Shown here one piece after another: positions 1-15,299 of a stretch of DNA of 64,000 nt. Source of the DNA: the human T2T-CHM13v2.0 reference genome, Homo sapiens; assembly GCF_009914755.1 (NCBI RefSeq), contig NC_060936.1. The stretch is one strand, 5' to 3'. Numbering within the stretch: the first letter of the stretch is position 1; each line of letters opens with the position of its first letter. The position numbers and the translations under genes were made by a program. A model generated the notes under the pieces. It worked only from the letters and a program-made list of their open reading frames with translations, did no database searches and was not told where the DNA came from.

Positions 1-2364
1 TGATAACATTCAACATCACTTCATGATAAAAACTCTCAAAAAACTGGGGATAGAAGGAACATACCTCAACATAATAAAAGCCATATATGACAGATCCACA
101 GCTAGTATCATAATGAGGAAAAACTAAAAGCCTTTCCTCTAAGATCTGCAACACTACAAGGATGCCTACTTGTCATCACTGTTATTCAATACAGTGCTGA
201 AAGTCCTAGCCAGAGCCATTGGACAAGAGAAAGAAATAAAAGGCATCCAAATTGGAAAGAAAGAAGTCAAATTTCCTTTGTTTGCAGATAATATAATCTT
301 ATATTTGGAAAAACCTAAAGACTCCACCAAAAAACTATTAGAACTGATAAATTCAGTAAAGTTGCAGGATACAAAATTAAAATACAAAAATCAGTCGCAT
401 TTTTATACGCCAACAGCAAACAATCTGAAAAAGAAATCAAGAAAGTAAACCCTTCTAAAATAGCTACAAATAAAATTAAATACCCAAGAAGTAACTTAAC
501 CCAAGAAGTGAAAGATCTTTACAGTGAAAACTAAAATATTGGTTAAAGAAATTGAAGAAGACATAAAAAATTGAAAGATATTCCATGTTCATGAATTGGA
601 AAAATCAATATTGTTAAAATGTCTATTCTACTCAAAGCAATCAATGAATTCAATGCAATTCCTATCAAAATACCAATGACATTCTTCACAGAAACAGAAA
701 AAAATCCTAAAATTTATATGAAATAATGAAAGACCCAGAATAGCCAAAGTTATGAGCAAAAAGAACAAGAGTCTTTGTTTTGGAGGAATCATTACCTGAC
801 TTCAAGTTATACTAAAGAGCTACAGTAACCAAAACAGCATGGCACTAGCATAAAAACAGACACATAGATGAATGGAACAGAATAAAGAACTCAGAAACAA
901 ATCCATGCATCTACAGTGAACTATTTTTTGACAAAGTTGCCAGAAACTTTCACTGGGGCAAGGAGAGTCTCATTAATAAATGGTGCTGGGAAAACTGAAT
1001 ATCCCTATGTAGAAGAATGAAACTAGACCACTATCTCCTACCATACACAAAAATAAAGTCCACATGGACTAAAGACTTAAATCTAAGTCCTCACACTATG
1101 AAACTACTGCAAGAAAACTTAGGGGAAACTCCCCAGGACATTGGTCTGGGCAAAGATTTTTTCAGTGATACCTCACAAGCACAGGCAACCAAAGCAAAAA
1201 TTGACAAATGGGATCACATGAAGTTAAAAAGCTTCTGCACAGCAGAGGAAACAATCAACAAAGTGAAGAGACAATCACAGAATCGGTGAAAATATTTGCA
1301 AACTATCTGTCTGACAAGAGATTAATAACCAGAATACATAAGGAACTCAAACAACTCTGTAGGAAAAAAATCTAATAATCCAATTTAAAAATGGGCTAAA
1401 AATATGAATAGACATTTTTCAAAAGAAGACATGCAAATGGCAAACAGGTACATGGAAAGATAATCAATATCATTGATCATCAGAGAAATGCAGACCAAAA
1501 CTACATTGAAATATCATCTCTCCCCAGTTAAAAAGGTTTATTATCCAAAAGGCAGGCAATAGCAAATGCCAGCAAGGATGTGAAGAAACAGTGTACCCTT
1601 GTATGCTGTTGATAGAAATGTAAATTAGTACAGCCACTGAGGAGAACAGTTTAAATGTTCTTCAAAATACTAAGAATAGAACTACCGTATGATCCAGCCG
1701 TCCCACAGCTAGCTATATACCCAAAAGCAAGCAAATCAAAGCAATATCGAAGAGATATCTGCACTCCCATGTTTATTGCAGCTCTATTCACAATAGCCAA
1801 GACTTGAAAGCAGCCTAAGTGTCCATCAACAGACGAATAAAGAAAACGTGGTGCATATACACAATGGAGTACTATTCAGTCAAAAAAGAATGAGATCTGT
1901 CATTTGCAACAGCATGGATGAAGCTGGAGGTCATTACGTTACATGAAATAAGCCAGGCACAGAAAGACAAACTTCATATGTTCTCACTTATTTGTGGGAG
2001 CTAAAAATTAAAACAATTGAACTCATGGAGGTAGAGAGTAGAATGATGGTTATCAGAGCTGATGGTGTTATGGGGAGATAAGAAGTGAGGATGGTTAATG
2101 GGTACAAAAAAATAGAGTAAATATGATGTAGTAGTTCATAGCACAACAGGGTCACTAATAGTCAACAATAATTTAGTTGTACATTTAAAATTAACGAGAG
2201 ATATAATTGGATTGTTTGTAACACAAAGGATAAATGCTTGAGGTGATAGATACCCCATTTACCCTGATGTGATTGTTACACCTTGTATGCTTGTATCAAA
2301 ATATCCCATATACCCCATAAATAGATATGTCTACTATGTACCCACAAAAATTAAAAATTAAAAA
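1..2364 (+). mobile_element. L1 (L1MA1-3-like), degraded ORF2 3' half and 3' UTR; extends beyond window start
   Basis: ORF2-like peptides (170..448 [21 protein letters not shown]; 1017..1289) with frameshifts; L1MA-type 3' end ...ctactatgtacccacaaaaattaaaaattaaaaa. Confidence 0.9.
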
Positions 2365-3266
2365 GGACTGAGGAACTTTTGTTCTTTTCCTTGCCTCCCC
2401 ACAAATAATTAAGGATTCAGATAGGAGGAGACTGTTGGAAGGATGAGTCAGAGGACAGAAAACCAAGAACAGTTTGGGGCATAAGGAAGAAGACAGATGA
2501 CCACAAAGGCAAGCAGTCTGGGCAGTGACCCAGCATGACATGGATATGAGGCTGAGTAGGATTAATGAAACTCAGAGTTCCAAATAGAACTCTGGTGTCA
2601 CGTTCCTCTGGTACAAGATCCGACTGTGGAATCAGGGTGTCAGATATTTGAGGACCTGGATAGTTGGAGCCAACTCACAGCATTCTTGAAATGGATCATA
2701 GTTGAGAGAGGCTGTGTTATTAATTCTTAATATGTTTATATGAGAAAACAATTCACAACTTCCTAAAAAAATTTCTTAGGACCATTTATTTCTACTTTAA
2801 AATTTTGTCCCAACTTACACCATTTGTTTTTAGTAATACATGTTTGTTTATTTTCATAGCAATTTCTGAGGATTTGTTTGTGTTATTGATCTTTTTTATC
2901 TGTTCTGGTTGAATTAAAAAGTAATAGAAGCGAGAAAAATTATTTATGCTAGATGAGTACTCTAAGAGAAGAAAGTATACATCTTTAGGTTATGAAGAAA
3001 CCCTTTCTAGAGTATCAATCTGATAATCTTAGACAGAAAATGTTATTTTGGCTCTTAAACTCAGCAAATCAGGCTGCAACTGTACCTTGCCAAAACATCA
3101 AGAACAAAATAAAAAAAGAATCATCACTGAATGTTTCCATAAATTGCGATATTCAGCATTATGTGTTTGAAACATCTGCACAAGTATTGGACTTTTTCAT
3201 CTGGATATTTTGGCATTATGACATCAACAGCCTTGGAATCCTTTCTTCTCTAGGGCTAGTAAGCAA

Positions 3267-3298
3267 ATACACACACACACACACACGCACGCGCGCGC
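3267..3298. repeat. (CA)n-(GC)n alternating purine/pyrimidine microsatellite
   Basis: atacacacacacacacacacgcacgcgcgcgc read directly. Confidence 0.95.
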
Positions 3299-3366
3299 TC
3301 GAATGATTCAGGGCTTGATGTGAGAAAGACAGTGGGGGCTGCAATCTCATTTCTTTTCTCACTGAC

Positions 3367-5400
3367 TGCTATGATCCAAATGTTTGTGTCCCCACAATAT
3401 TTATATGTTAAAATAAACACTCCCAAGGTGATGGTATCAGGAAGTAGGGCCTTTGGTCATGAGATAAAAGCATTCATGAATGTGCTTAATGCCCTTATGA
3501 TAGAGGCTCCCAAGAGATCACTCACCCTTCTGCCCTGTAGGACACAGTGAAAGGATGACTATCTAAGAAGCAGACCCGCTTCAGATACCACATATGCTGA
3601 CACCTTAATCTAGAATAGGATTCCCAGCCACCACAACTGTGAGAAATAAATTTCTGTTGTTTATAAGCCACCCAGTCTGAAGCATTTTGTTATTGCCACC
3701 CATGCTAGAAAAAGCCTACATTGCCACAAACAGTTAAAGATAATTCTGAAAAAAAAAAAAAAGAGGAGAGTTGCAGAGAAGGCCTTAATCATTTTAGAGA
3801 ATACCTAAATAATCCTGAACAGAATTTGGCACAAATATGGATGGCAAAGGCCTTTCTGAGGAGGCCTCAGATGGAAATGAGGAACATGTTATTGGACAAT
3901 GGAGGAAAGGCCATCCTTGCTCTAAAGAGGCAAAGGACTTGGTTGAATTGTGTTCATGTCCTAGTGTTTTATGAAAGGTAAAACTTGTGAATGATGAAAC
4001 TGAATATTTGGATGAGGAAATGTCTAAGCAAAGTGTTGAGGGTGTGCCTTGCATTCTCTTGACTGTTTATAGTAAATGTAAGAAGAGAAAAAGGATGTAA
4101 AGATAAAATTGTTAAAAGAAAAGTAGAACTTAAAGATCTGGAACATTACCAGACTATTCATAGTGAAAAGAATAAAAGAGCTTATTCCAGAGAAAACACA
4201 AAGAGTGTAGCCAAATGACCAAGAAGATTAGTCAGTTACCTAAACAGAAGCCAGGACCTGTTGTTCAATGAATAGAAGAATGATCCTACAGGCAATTCAG
4301 AAATCCTCAGGCTGTTCCTCCCATTACAAGCCAAGAGTATAAGAGCCCAGAGTCACTACAGAGAGCCTCTGTTGGGGCAATGCCCAGTGGAGCCATGGGT
4401 GCAGGGCTGCCTCTGCAACCCTAGACTGATAAAACCAATGGGAAGTGATTCCAGCACCAGAGAGCCTCAGGCATGTGACCCAAGGCACACAGCTGCTGAG
4501 GAGTTGAAGCCACCACTGAGAACTGCATGAGGGCAGGGCCCAGGCACAGAGCTGCTGCAGGGCTGCGGGTGCCCAAACCCTTGGGGCAGGGCTGCAGCTG
4601 GAGTGCATCCAGAAGGTAGGACCATAGCTTCAATGTATCTGGAAGGCAGAGCATGACTCCAAGAAGATTATTCTTGAGCCTTTAGGTTTGGAATTATCTC
4701 AAGACTTACCACTCCTTCCTTCTTCCCTATCTTCCCTATTTCTCACTTTTGCAATGGGAATATCTGTCCTGTGCTTGTCCTACTATCGTATTTTGGAAGC
4801 ATATAACATGTTTGATTTGATTTCACAGGTTCACAGGTGAAGAAAAATCTGCCTCAGGATCTATCATACCCTGAGGCTGTCTCACTCATATCTGATTTAG
4901 CTGCTATTTAAATGAGACTTTGCACTTTTGACTTTTGAGTTGATGCTGGAATGAGTTAGGAATTTTGAGGCTCTTGGGATGGAATTAATGTATTTTGCAT
5001 ATGAGAAGGTCATGTATTTGGTGTGGGGGGACAAGGAGAAAAATGAGAATGCTAGGGTCTGAATGTTTATGTCTTCCCAAAGTTCACATGTTGATAACCT
5101 AGCCCCCAAGGTAATGGTATGAGGAGGTGGGCATTTAGAAAGTATTTAGTTCATGAAAGTGGAGCCCTCATGAATGGGATTAGCACCCTTATCAAAGAGA
5201 CGCCAGAGAGATTACTTGCCCATCTGCCACGTGAGAACACAGTAAAAAGATGCCTTGGAATTGGACTCTTGCCAAACAATGAATCTGCCAGTGTCTTGAT
5301 CTTGGACTTCCCAGCCTTCAGGACTAGAAATAAATTTCTGTTGTTTATAAGCCACCTAGTCTAGGATATTTTGTTATAGCGCCCCAAACCGACTAAGTCA
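3367..5400 (+). mobile_element. Two-LTR MaLR element (MLT1A/MLT1A0-like): 5' LTR ~3367-3717, internal ~3718-5049, 3' LTR 5050-5400
   Basis: Two homologous ~350-bp LTRs starting tgcta and sharing aataaatttctgttgtttataagccacc; MaLR-int text between them; purine tract before the 3' LTR; TSD not recognisable. Confidence 0.85.
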
Positions 5401-6224
5401 ACCATTAGCTAACTTTTCCAGAAGTTAACCACAAACTAGATAAATCAATACACTTCCATGTTTCTCTAAATGAAAAAATGCCCAAATCATCCCATTTCCT
5501 CCTCATCCTTTTTTTTACCTTCTTACTTTAATCCTCCCAATGATATGTTGGAGGATAGGAGGAGAAGAGAATTGGGAATACACAAACATTGGAGCATTCC
5601 AAATGTAACATACTTGTCCACAATGGAAGAAGAGAACTTGGTGAGTATGACAGAGAATGCTAGGGCAAAGACCCCAAGGAGGGAAGAACTTAACATGTAT
5701 ACAACTGAAGATATATTTAATCATTGAATGTAAATCCATTTTAAGGTATCCCATTAGGAATATAAGAGGATTTCAAAAAAGCTATTTTCTTCTTTATGTG
5801 TATTCTCTTAGATTATTTTCAAAAACAAAATTGAACCCTTCCAAGGCCCCAAAGTAAGGAAATAAACGTTACAGCAAAGAGGACACATAGGGGACCAGCA
5901 CTGAACAAAGGTTTCAAAACATACCTGGAAGACTGAAGAGGTTGGAAGCCCAATGACATTTAAATCAGAGGGAGGAAAGAGTAGCGGGTTGGGGGCAGCA
6001 GCAACGGAGAGTGCAGAGAGCTCCTGCCAAACGGAACCACAGAGGCCTGCCTTGGACAGGTGCTGTGACTGCCCGGTCAGCAACCCGCATTCCCTTTCAT
6101 CGCCCTGCCTCCACAGACAAGCACCTGGAGATATAACTGAAAAGGTAGGTTGGGTTAAATAACAGGACCTTGAAAGGAGATAAGCATGCATGGGTGAGAA
6201 ACGCTTCAAAATGTTTGGTTGTAA

Positions 6225-6484
6225 CGCCATATATTCTCACTCATAAGTGGGAGTTAAACAATGAGAACACATGGACACAGGGAGGGGAACATCACACACC
6301 AGGGCCTGTCAGGGGGTGGGGGGCTACAGGAGGGATAGCATTAGGAGAAATACCTAATGTAGATGACGGGTTGATGGGCACAGCAAACCATCACGGCACA
6401 TGTGTACCTATGTAACAAACCTTCGTGTTCTACACGTGTATCCCAGAACTTAAAGTATAATAAAAAACAAACAAACAAACAAAA
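6225..6484 (+). mobile_element. 5'-truncated L1PA7-like 3' end
   Basis: L1PA 3' UTR plus A-rich tail; TSD tgtttggttgtaa at 6212-6224 and 6486-6498. Confidence 0.9.
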
Positions 6485-7039
6485 GTGTTTGGTTGTAAAG
6501 AGAAGAGCATACAACTGGCTGGATAGAAATATGTAGCTGAAGGTGGGGGTTTTAAGGTGTGGCGATGATTGCTTTTAAAACAGGATGAACTTGAAGGTGT
6601 TCAGATGAAAACGTGCCCATGGCAGGGAGCTTCCTAATCAGCGTTCCTTCTTTCAGACTTTTCCTTTCTCTGATTTGCCTTGGTTAATCTTAGCTATTTT
6701 TTTTTTCTAAAATTCAGCTCAAGGCACACTGGACTATCTTTCACAGCTCCCCAGTGTGTGTCCTCATCTTCTATTCTTAGACCTTTACTAGTGCCCTTTC
6801 CAGTATTTTTAATTTTCTCTTCACATTTCTATTTCTGAAAATGGCAGTGAACTTTAGGCTGCATTCAAATACATCCTTCTCTTATATTTTCCTCGAGGAC
6901 AAGTACTTGAACATAGTTTCTTGTTTGTTTTTATTTCACACTCTTGCCATATAATAGACATTTAGTGAGCATCTGTTGATTCTCCCTTTGAAAAGTTCTT
7001 TTTCTAACACCATTTGTTGAATAGTCATCCACTTCCTCA

Positions 7040-7530
7040 CTTCCCACTCATCACACTCTGGCTGCTGCACCCAGCATACCACTGAGAATGCTGTTTGGAA
7101 GATCTCCCCCGAACTTGTTATTGCTAACCCAGAGAACGCTTCTAAGGCCTGACCCTACGTCAGATTTCAGCAAGAATTGACTCTCTAGGCCACCAGCTTC
7201 TCTTTGAACATTCTCTTCTCTTGATTTCAGTAATGTTTCGTTTTTCTGGCTTTCCTCGTACCTCTCAGCTTCTTTTCAGTCCACTTTTCAGGATATTCTC
7301 CCCTTTCCTTCCCCTAAATATCAGACTCAGGGCTCCAGCCTAGCTTTCCTCCTTTTCTCACTCTGCCTGCTCTCCCTGGATTTGCTGTGCTCATCCACGT
7401 CCGTATTGTCAAGTCCATCTCTTGCTGCAGCTCAGATCTTCCTCCTTAGCACCAGACCAACAGACACAGCTGCCTTCCAGACATGCTTTCATAAACATCA
7501 CAATCACTATTTAAATTTAGCACAATCTAG
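7040..7530 (+). mobile_element. L2 fragment
   Basis: Degenerate pyrimidine-rich L2 ORF2-like text (cagggctccagcctagctttcctccttttctcactct); an L2 3' end follows at ~8215-8324. Confidence 0.55.
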
Positions 7531-8119
7531 ATCTCAATTTATTAGAGAAAAATATGTTTTTTAGATAAATTTCTACCTTCGTGTCCATCCCCCACTATAA
7601 AATGAGATAAACTTTCATATATAAACACATCAAGGAAGTAAATACAATAGAAAATATTTTTCAAATTAAGAATTTGAAGTACATCTAAAAGTAGGTTTTT
7701 TTTGCAGAAGTGATCTTTCAACTGTAAATTTTATTAAAATACTTCCATATGACTGTTTAAATAACTTGTTATTTTGCATCATCATCTTAGAATGTGCCTT
7801 TTGGGATCGCTTCCACAAAGTCCATCTGAGTTTTTATAATGCATTACTGTCTGATATTGGTGAAGATAAATTAAAATTTTCTGCATTTAGGAAAGAATCT
7901 TTACATCCTCCATGACTAAAAACTTCAAACAAATCTGGGCAAATTAAATTGATTCTTACCATGGATAAGATGACTGCCTGGTTCCCCTCTCTAATGTTAA
8001 TGATAATTTATAGTAGTTTCACTTCCTCAGAATTGGTGACTAGAAGAAAAACCCTTGTGTCAGAGCAGGGTCCATTGAATTTAGCATATAATAACTTCAA
8101 TAGAAGATCATTACAATTA

Positions 8120-8609
<490 letters not shown>

Positions 8610-8684
8610 AATTGTTGAATCCAACTGTTACTTTTCATATGTTTTAACTGAAACATATTTACAGAGTAATATATCTTGTATTTT

Positions 8685-8800
8685 TTCATTCTCTGTGAAG
8701 TAGGAAGGAAAGATTTTATTGACTCAATTTACAGATGAGAAAATGAATAATTATGTGGCTTTCCCATGGTGACATAGCAGGTGAAAGAGCCATGACTCAC
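8685..8800 (-). mobile_element. MIR fragment
   Basis: tttacagatgagaaaa MIR core. Confidence 0.55.
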
Positions 8801-9101
8801 TCCACTTTCCAAAGGGAAAGGAAATGTAGTGCTTTCTTTGCCTTTGCCTAGTCTTAGAGATTGCATTTTTGTTTGTTTTCTACTTTGGAGGCTAGGGTTG
8901 CAAGAGTAAACCTGTTACTAACTGGCTAGCTTGGGGTGAGTAGAACAATAAATGAATGATAAAAAATACTTTGTTAGGCCATAATGAACAGCAAAATTTC
9001 AGGTATCAAGGCTAAACAAGTATTAGTTCTGTGTACTTCACATTTTTTCCCTGAAATTTCTAGCTGTCCAAAGTCTGCTTTCTTTAAACTAGACTTCTAG
9101 A

Positions 9102-9415
9102 CAAGGAATTGAGAAATTTTTCCTGTAAAGAGCCAGATAGTAAATATTTGGGGCTTTGTGAACCATATGGTCTCTGTTGCAACCACCCAACTCTGCTGTT
9201 GTAGCACAAAAACAGCCTGGATGATACATCAGCAAACGAATGTGGCTGTGCTCCAATAAAACTCTATTGCTGGATCCTGAAACTTAATTTTCATGTATCA
9301 CAAAATTTTATTCTTCTTCTGACTTCTTTCAACCATTGTAAAACATGTAAACTATTCTTAACTCACGGATGGTGGGCTGGATTTGGTCCACGGGGCTGTC
9401 ATGTGCCCACCCCTG
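9102..9415 (+). mobile_element. MER58B-like hAT-Charlie DNA transposon fossil
   Basis: ctgtaaagagccagatagtaaatattt...gggctggatttggtccacgggg...cacccctg terminus. Confidence 0.8.
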
Positions 9416-9429
9416 CTAACCACCCCTTG

Positions 9430-10030
9430 AAGCAATATCATCCAAGCAAGCTGCTCTGAGCACAGTTCTGACAATATTATTTCTTTTTAAAAACTCTCAG
9501 TGGCTCCATGCAGGCTATGGAGTGAAGTATAAACTAGTTGACATGAACACAACCCTGTCCATGACCAAGGTCCAAGCTGCATTCTGAGCAATATCCTTCC
9601 TCACCTTCCAAGATCTAACTAACTTGGGCTCTCCCCGGAAAGGTCTGCTCTCCCCACCTCCACTCCTCGGCCTAGTCAGCTGTGTCCCCCTAAAATGCCT
9701 TCTCTACTCTCATCACTGTTTCTTCCTGCCGAAATTGTACCCTTCCTTCTACCTTCATCTCTGAGTCTTCCCTAACCACCCACCACCACCTTCCCAGCTA
9801 GACTTAACCTTTTCTTTGTAGTCTATCTTTTGCAATACATGTTAATTTTTTCTGGTATTTAATAGACTCTGCCCCTATTAATAATTGTGTATATGGTCTT
9901 CTGCCCTACAAAGTTATTAACTATTGAGGCCAGAACCTGTATGTTATATTTTGGTTGGGTTCCCTGGTAGATTTCCACACTAGGATTCAGTGGTAGGGTT
10001 CAATAAACATTTGGGGAATTTAAATGAATA
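9430..10030 (+). mobile_element. L2 3' fragment
   Basis: taaaaactctcagtggctcc... through caataaacattt...aatgaat L2-type tail. Confidence 0.5.
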
Positions 10031-10714
10031 TCCCAGAAAGGATCAAAATGGAAGCACTTAAGTGTTTGAAAATCTATTTGCAATTTCAGAATAAGAAAAT
10101 AAGTAACTTCACTATTTCATAGTGTCTTCAAGCTGTTGATAATAGGAGAGAAAGGAAATTTTTTTTTTTTACTAAATCGAGTTATTCTTCATTTTATGAA
10201 AAAAGATTAAATAAATTTACCTAAGCTTAATTAACTGTTATAATTGGCCACAAATGAAAGGCTCCAATTAGCTCTAAATTGAGTGATGGCAAAGGAATCT
10301 TCTTGTCAAGACAGACACACAGGAACTTAGTAACAGCTAGAAGCAAATTAGCTACACCTATTCATGAACCCAGACAGAGAAACAAGCTTTAGCTGAGCAG
10401 GCCAAAGAGCAAACAATTTAAACTTAAAAATGAAGACCGAGAAGACAGAAACATTAGTTAAAGCAGAAAGAGAGAAGGAGTGAACCACACAGGAAGGTGT
10501 GTGTTGTGGCAAAACTGGCCTGGTCTATCTTGGAATTCATCTTATACCTACTTATAAGGCTCCATGTGGTGTTTTTCTTATTCTTTCTGGAACCATCAAA
10601 TCATCACCAACTATTTCAGAGAGTTACCTACTTCTAAAACCCCCCTCATTTTTAAAGACCAGGTTGTCTTAGTGCTGAGGACAGCAGATAGTGGCAAGAG
10701 ATTTGAAAAATTTA

Positions 10715-11555
10715 ATTGTTTGTTCTATTCTCACAGAGATACTTCACACTCAATATTTTACTTCTAACATCGGATGTGTGGGGTTCTCTCCCCACACACC
10801 AAGTAGTTCTCCAGCTGATCCCAACAGGGTGTCCTTTAATTTAATTCAACTCTAATACTGTCTACCAGGAGTTAGAGTCAGACCCCACAGTTTAAGGGCT
10901 TAGTCTCACAAGACTCCCCCCACTTCAGATGCCAATTCCAAGTAGGGTTTCCAGAATTTCTAACCAACTGGCGATAAATTGGGAGTTCCCACTGCCCCTT
11001 TTTGGGGCCCAGTCATTTGCTAGAGTGGTTCACAGGATGCAGGGAAGCAGTTTGCTTACATTTACCCATTTATTATAGAAGTATCTAACTTAGGAACACC
11101 CAGATAGAAGAGATGCAGAGGGCAAGGTATGGGAAAGCGGTAAGGAGCTTCCATGCCTTCTTGGAGTATGTCACCTTCCACGTGTTCAGTAACCCAGAAG
11201 TTCTCTGAACCCAGTCCTTTTGGGTCTTTATGGAGGTTCCACTATTAAGGAATGATTCATTAAGTTATTGGCCATTGGTGATCAACTCAACCTTCAGCTT
11301 CTCTCCTCTCCCCAGAGATCAGAAGATTGGGCTGAAAGTTCCAACCCTCCAACCATATAATTGGTTCCTCTGTCAACCAGCCTTTATCCTGAAGCTATCT
11401 GGGAGCCCCCAACTATCAGTCATTTTGTTAGTATACCAAAAAAAACACTTATAACTTCCCAAAATTCCAATGATATAATTTAGGAGTTCCAAACAAGGAA
11501 AAGGGAAGGAGGTAGGGGCAAAAACCAAAGTACATATTTTGTTTATATTACCATA
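10715..11555 (-). mobile_element. ERV LTR, MER21/MER77-like
   Basis: Recognised MER21-type motifs (cacttcagatgccaat; ggccattggtgatcaactcaaccttcagc; gggctgaaagttccaaccctc). Confidence 0.7.
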
Positions 11556-11909
11556 GCTAAGCTATGAAAGTTTTGTTAGGGCTTGGTCTGTCTGTCCCAA
11601 TTCGCTAGGATCTTTTAACAAAGCAAGCCAAACATGTGACTGTGCCCTCTTCTACCTTTAATCTGATAAGCATGTTGCAGTGGATGGAGTTTCAGAAAAA
11701 TGCAAAGAAATCTCAAGTCAACAGATGAGGAAGCTGAGGCCAGAGAGTTGAAGTAGCTTCCCCAGGTTCCGCTGGGAGTGTTGGCTCTGTGGCTCCAGCC
11801 ACACTGCTCCCAAACCCACCTAGTAGACAACCATTCCCAGGGGAACAGGGTCTCTGAGCATGCAAAAGAAGGTTTGAGGGGCACAGGAGAATCTAGAGAC
11901 ATAAGAAAT

Positions 11910-12085
11910 AATAATAATTGAGGCTCACTATGTGATGGAGGCATTCTAAGTGTCTTGTTAATGCTCAAATCACTCTCCCAGGGAAGCTCTGTTGCCCCAC
12001 TTTATAGAAGAAGAAACTGAGGCTTAGAAACATGTAGGAACTTGCTCCAGGTTCCCCAGCCACTACTTAGCAGAGGAGAGGCTCT
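11910..12085 (-). mobile_element. MIR
   Basis: ctttatagaagaagaaactgaggcttaga core. Confidence 0.7.
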
Positions 12086-13599
12086 ATCTCCCACAGATGT
12101 GCCAGAAACTTATTGAAATGTTTTAGGCATCCTATAAACACCTGTGAGACCCAGGAGTGTAAGCCACCCACCTTTTCTGCCACCACCAACCCTCCCCCCA
12201 AAATTCAAGACTGTTCTCAAAGACAGCTCAGTTAGAAGCAGGAGAAATCTCAAAAATAAAACAGTTATTAGTTAAAGTGTCCTCCAAACTGGGTGAGTGG
12301 CATATTCAGACAGACTGTGGTCAGGATGGGGAACAGTTAACAATCTTCTAATAAATCAGAAGGAAGTGTTCATTGGAAAGGATACTTAAGATGTAATTTA
12401 TATGTCATTTAAATGGCCTGGGGTAGGAAAGTCCTCAAAAACATGTGCAACCCAATATGATCTACAGAGGTAGAAATGTGGTTTGAGCAGTTGAATATGA
12501 TGTGGAGGTTTTCCTTGGAGGGGAAGACTGTGATTAAGGAAATAAAATGTTGGTTAGCCATTTGGAGAAAGCTGGGATAATGGCTATGTAGGGAGAAGCT
12601 TGTGAGAGTTTTAGTTCAGTTATCTTACACCAAGGTCACCCTCTAATTCTACAGTTAGCAAAATTTGAGCTTTACCTGTTGAAGGTTATTAAAAAAAATA
12701 GATGTGTGGGAAAATGAAAAGCGTACTGGATTTTAAGTGTATTTCCAAGGTATTCTATCTTTTTAAACTACTTGTGCATTTTACTTACTAAGTATCATAA
12801 TCTGATGATAGACAAGTTCAGCTAAGAGACTGAAATAATTAGCTTACTGTTACCCTACAGCACAGGAGCCTGGAATAACTAACTCTCTGCTGGAATAATA
12901 TTTGAAATATTAACTTTTTTCTCCTGATCTTTATTACTATTTTGTTTTCTTCCCATTCAAAGAGAAAGACAGCTTTAAAACCTACTCCTTCAGAAAATAA
13001 ATGGAATCGGAAGGGGAGAGCACGCAGTAATAAAGAAGTGGCAGATGATTGTGACCCAATACAGGAGGAGGTGTTAGAATGAGAACAGAGCATAGGAAGA
13101 ACCAGAGTGGCTTAGAAGGATGCTTCCCTGTAGGGAAACTGTAGGGTGGAGGGACAGAAAAGGGGTCTGTAGTTTCCAGAAGAGGATCCAAGCTCTGGCT
13201 CCTGGAGGCATACCCCAGCAAATTAGCAAGACCAGTAAGAGGAGTAGAGCCTCAGGGCTGGGACAGCAAAGTCCTAGGTCTCCGAGGGCGTGAGGGTCAT
13301 GCAAACGTATGAAGCACATGGGTGTAAGAGTAAGGGGTGGCAGTGACTGTGACTAACTAGAGAGCACGTGGCCTGCTGAAAGGCATGCACCATGTTTTTT
13401 GTCAAAAGTTTGCTTGTCATCGAAGCAAGTTTGTGAGCCAAAATATTTGTGAGCCAAATTTTTCTCTCCTGGGCTCCAAGATAGTTAAGAGACATCATTT
13501 ACTTCGTAATCAAATCCCAGGATATGAAAGCCACAGAGAGCCATCAAAGCTATATGGACCACAGGGACAAGGATAATTGTCATCTCAGTAGTAAAGTAT

Positions 13600-14105
13600 T
13601 GTTGACTGAAATTAAGGCTGTTGAGGCAGAAATAATGTTATAAAGGTTTATGAAAAGCCAAATGTGAGGATCAACCCAGGAAGACACACCAACAAAGTTG
13701 AGAGTGTTCTGGAATTTGTCACAAAATGAAAGATTTTTATAGGAAAGTTTAAAAAGAAGGAAAAAGGGCTCCTCATACCAAAGATGTCCTCTTTTCATTG
13801 GAGGGTACAATACAGAAGTTACAATCATTAGCTGCAGATGACAACATACAGTCTAAAAGATGTCTACATTCAAGACAATCGGTAAAATATCTTGCTTCAG
13901 CTCATCTTAAAATGAGTCAGCATCCTATTCAGTGTCAGCCAGTTATACACTGTTCAGCACATCAACAATTTGAGGAACTTTGGTTAAGATTCTTTTTTTG
14001 GAGAAATGTCGCCATTGAGACATCACAAGACCTCCTCAAGGCAGATTAATTTGGAAACCTGCTTACTTCTAAAGCAAACTGTCCCATGTAACCAGTAAGT
14101 TATCA
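13600..14105 (-). mobile_element. ERV1-class solo LTR (MER67-like)
   Basis: TG...CA termini with perfect 4-bp TSD GTAT (13596-13599, 14106-14109); family name from recall. Confidence 0.75.
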
Positions 14106-14509
14106 GTATGGACAAGAAACAAAGACTAGAAGAAGAAGATCCCATCTCCTCTTAATGCCCCCTCCAGTTATATGTATTTGGGAACTATTCGTAATTCTGA
14201 ATTCTTAATATGAGCTCAAGCAAGGAGTGGGAAGCTCCATGAATGCTTGCAGTTAGGTTTCTTAACCACTTGGCAGTATAAAGCTCAAATTAAGTTATTC
14301 CATTGAAAATAAAGAAATATGGCATTTCTTATACCTGAATTTGTGATTCAGGCCAACTTTATTTGCCATGAGTCTGTATCTACACACCTTATCTGATTTT
14401 CTTCAAAACTAGCAGAAAATGCAGGCTAGCAACATCCTATAATCTATCTCAGCAAGCGTTCATTAAGTGTCTAATAATTTACAATCACCTATGTGGTATA
14501 TGTGGATAA

Positions 14510-14870
<361 letters not shown>

Positions 14871-15299
14871 TAGGTATCTTAAATGCAAGGGAAAGTACGA
14901 TAATTACAACTCCTAAGAATCACAGTCATGAGAACACAGAGGAGAGAAGGAGCTTAATCAGAGTAATAAGGCTGGATAATACGGAGAAGTACCCAAATGT
15001 GTTGACCTATTCAGCAGCAGTTTAAGAAACAGACTTAAATTGGATAGAATATAAAGACAGTTCATTACTTCTTCATCTCTTATATTTCCTCTGTCAAGTC
15101 ACCAATCTCCCCAACATTTTGACATCAAATTTTGACTTGTTTGATTTGTCCTCTGCAGAATTAGAAGATTCTTTCCTAATTACTTCCTGGTTCCATCTGT
15201 TAAAAAGACATTCAGCTTGAAAAATAAGTTTGCATATATATTTGTCCAAAGTAGTTGTCAACCTTGGGCACATGTTGAAATCACAAAGGCAGATTTTAA

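Noticed and set aside
6117-6144. Possible 28-nt exon (ccacag|...aag|gtaggt)
   Set aside because: Splice-like signals alone are common; no partner exons or recognisable protein
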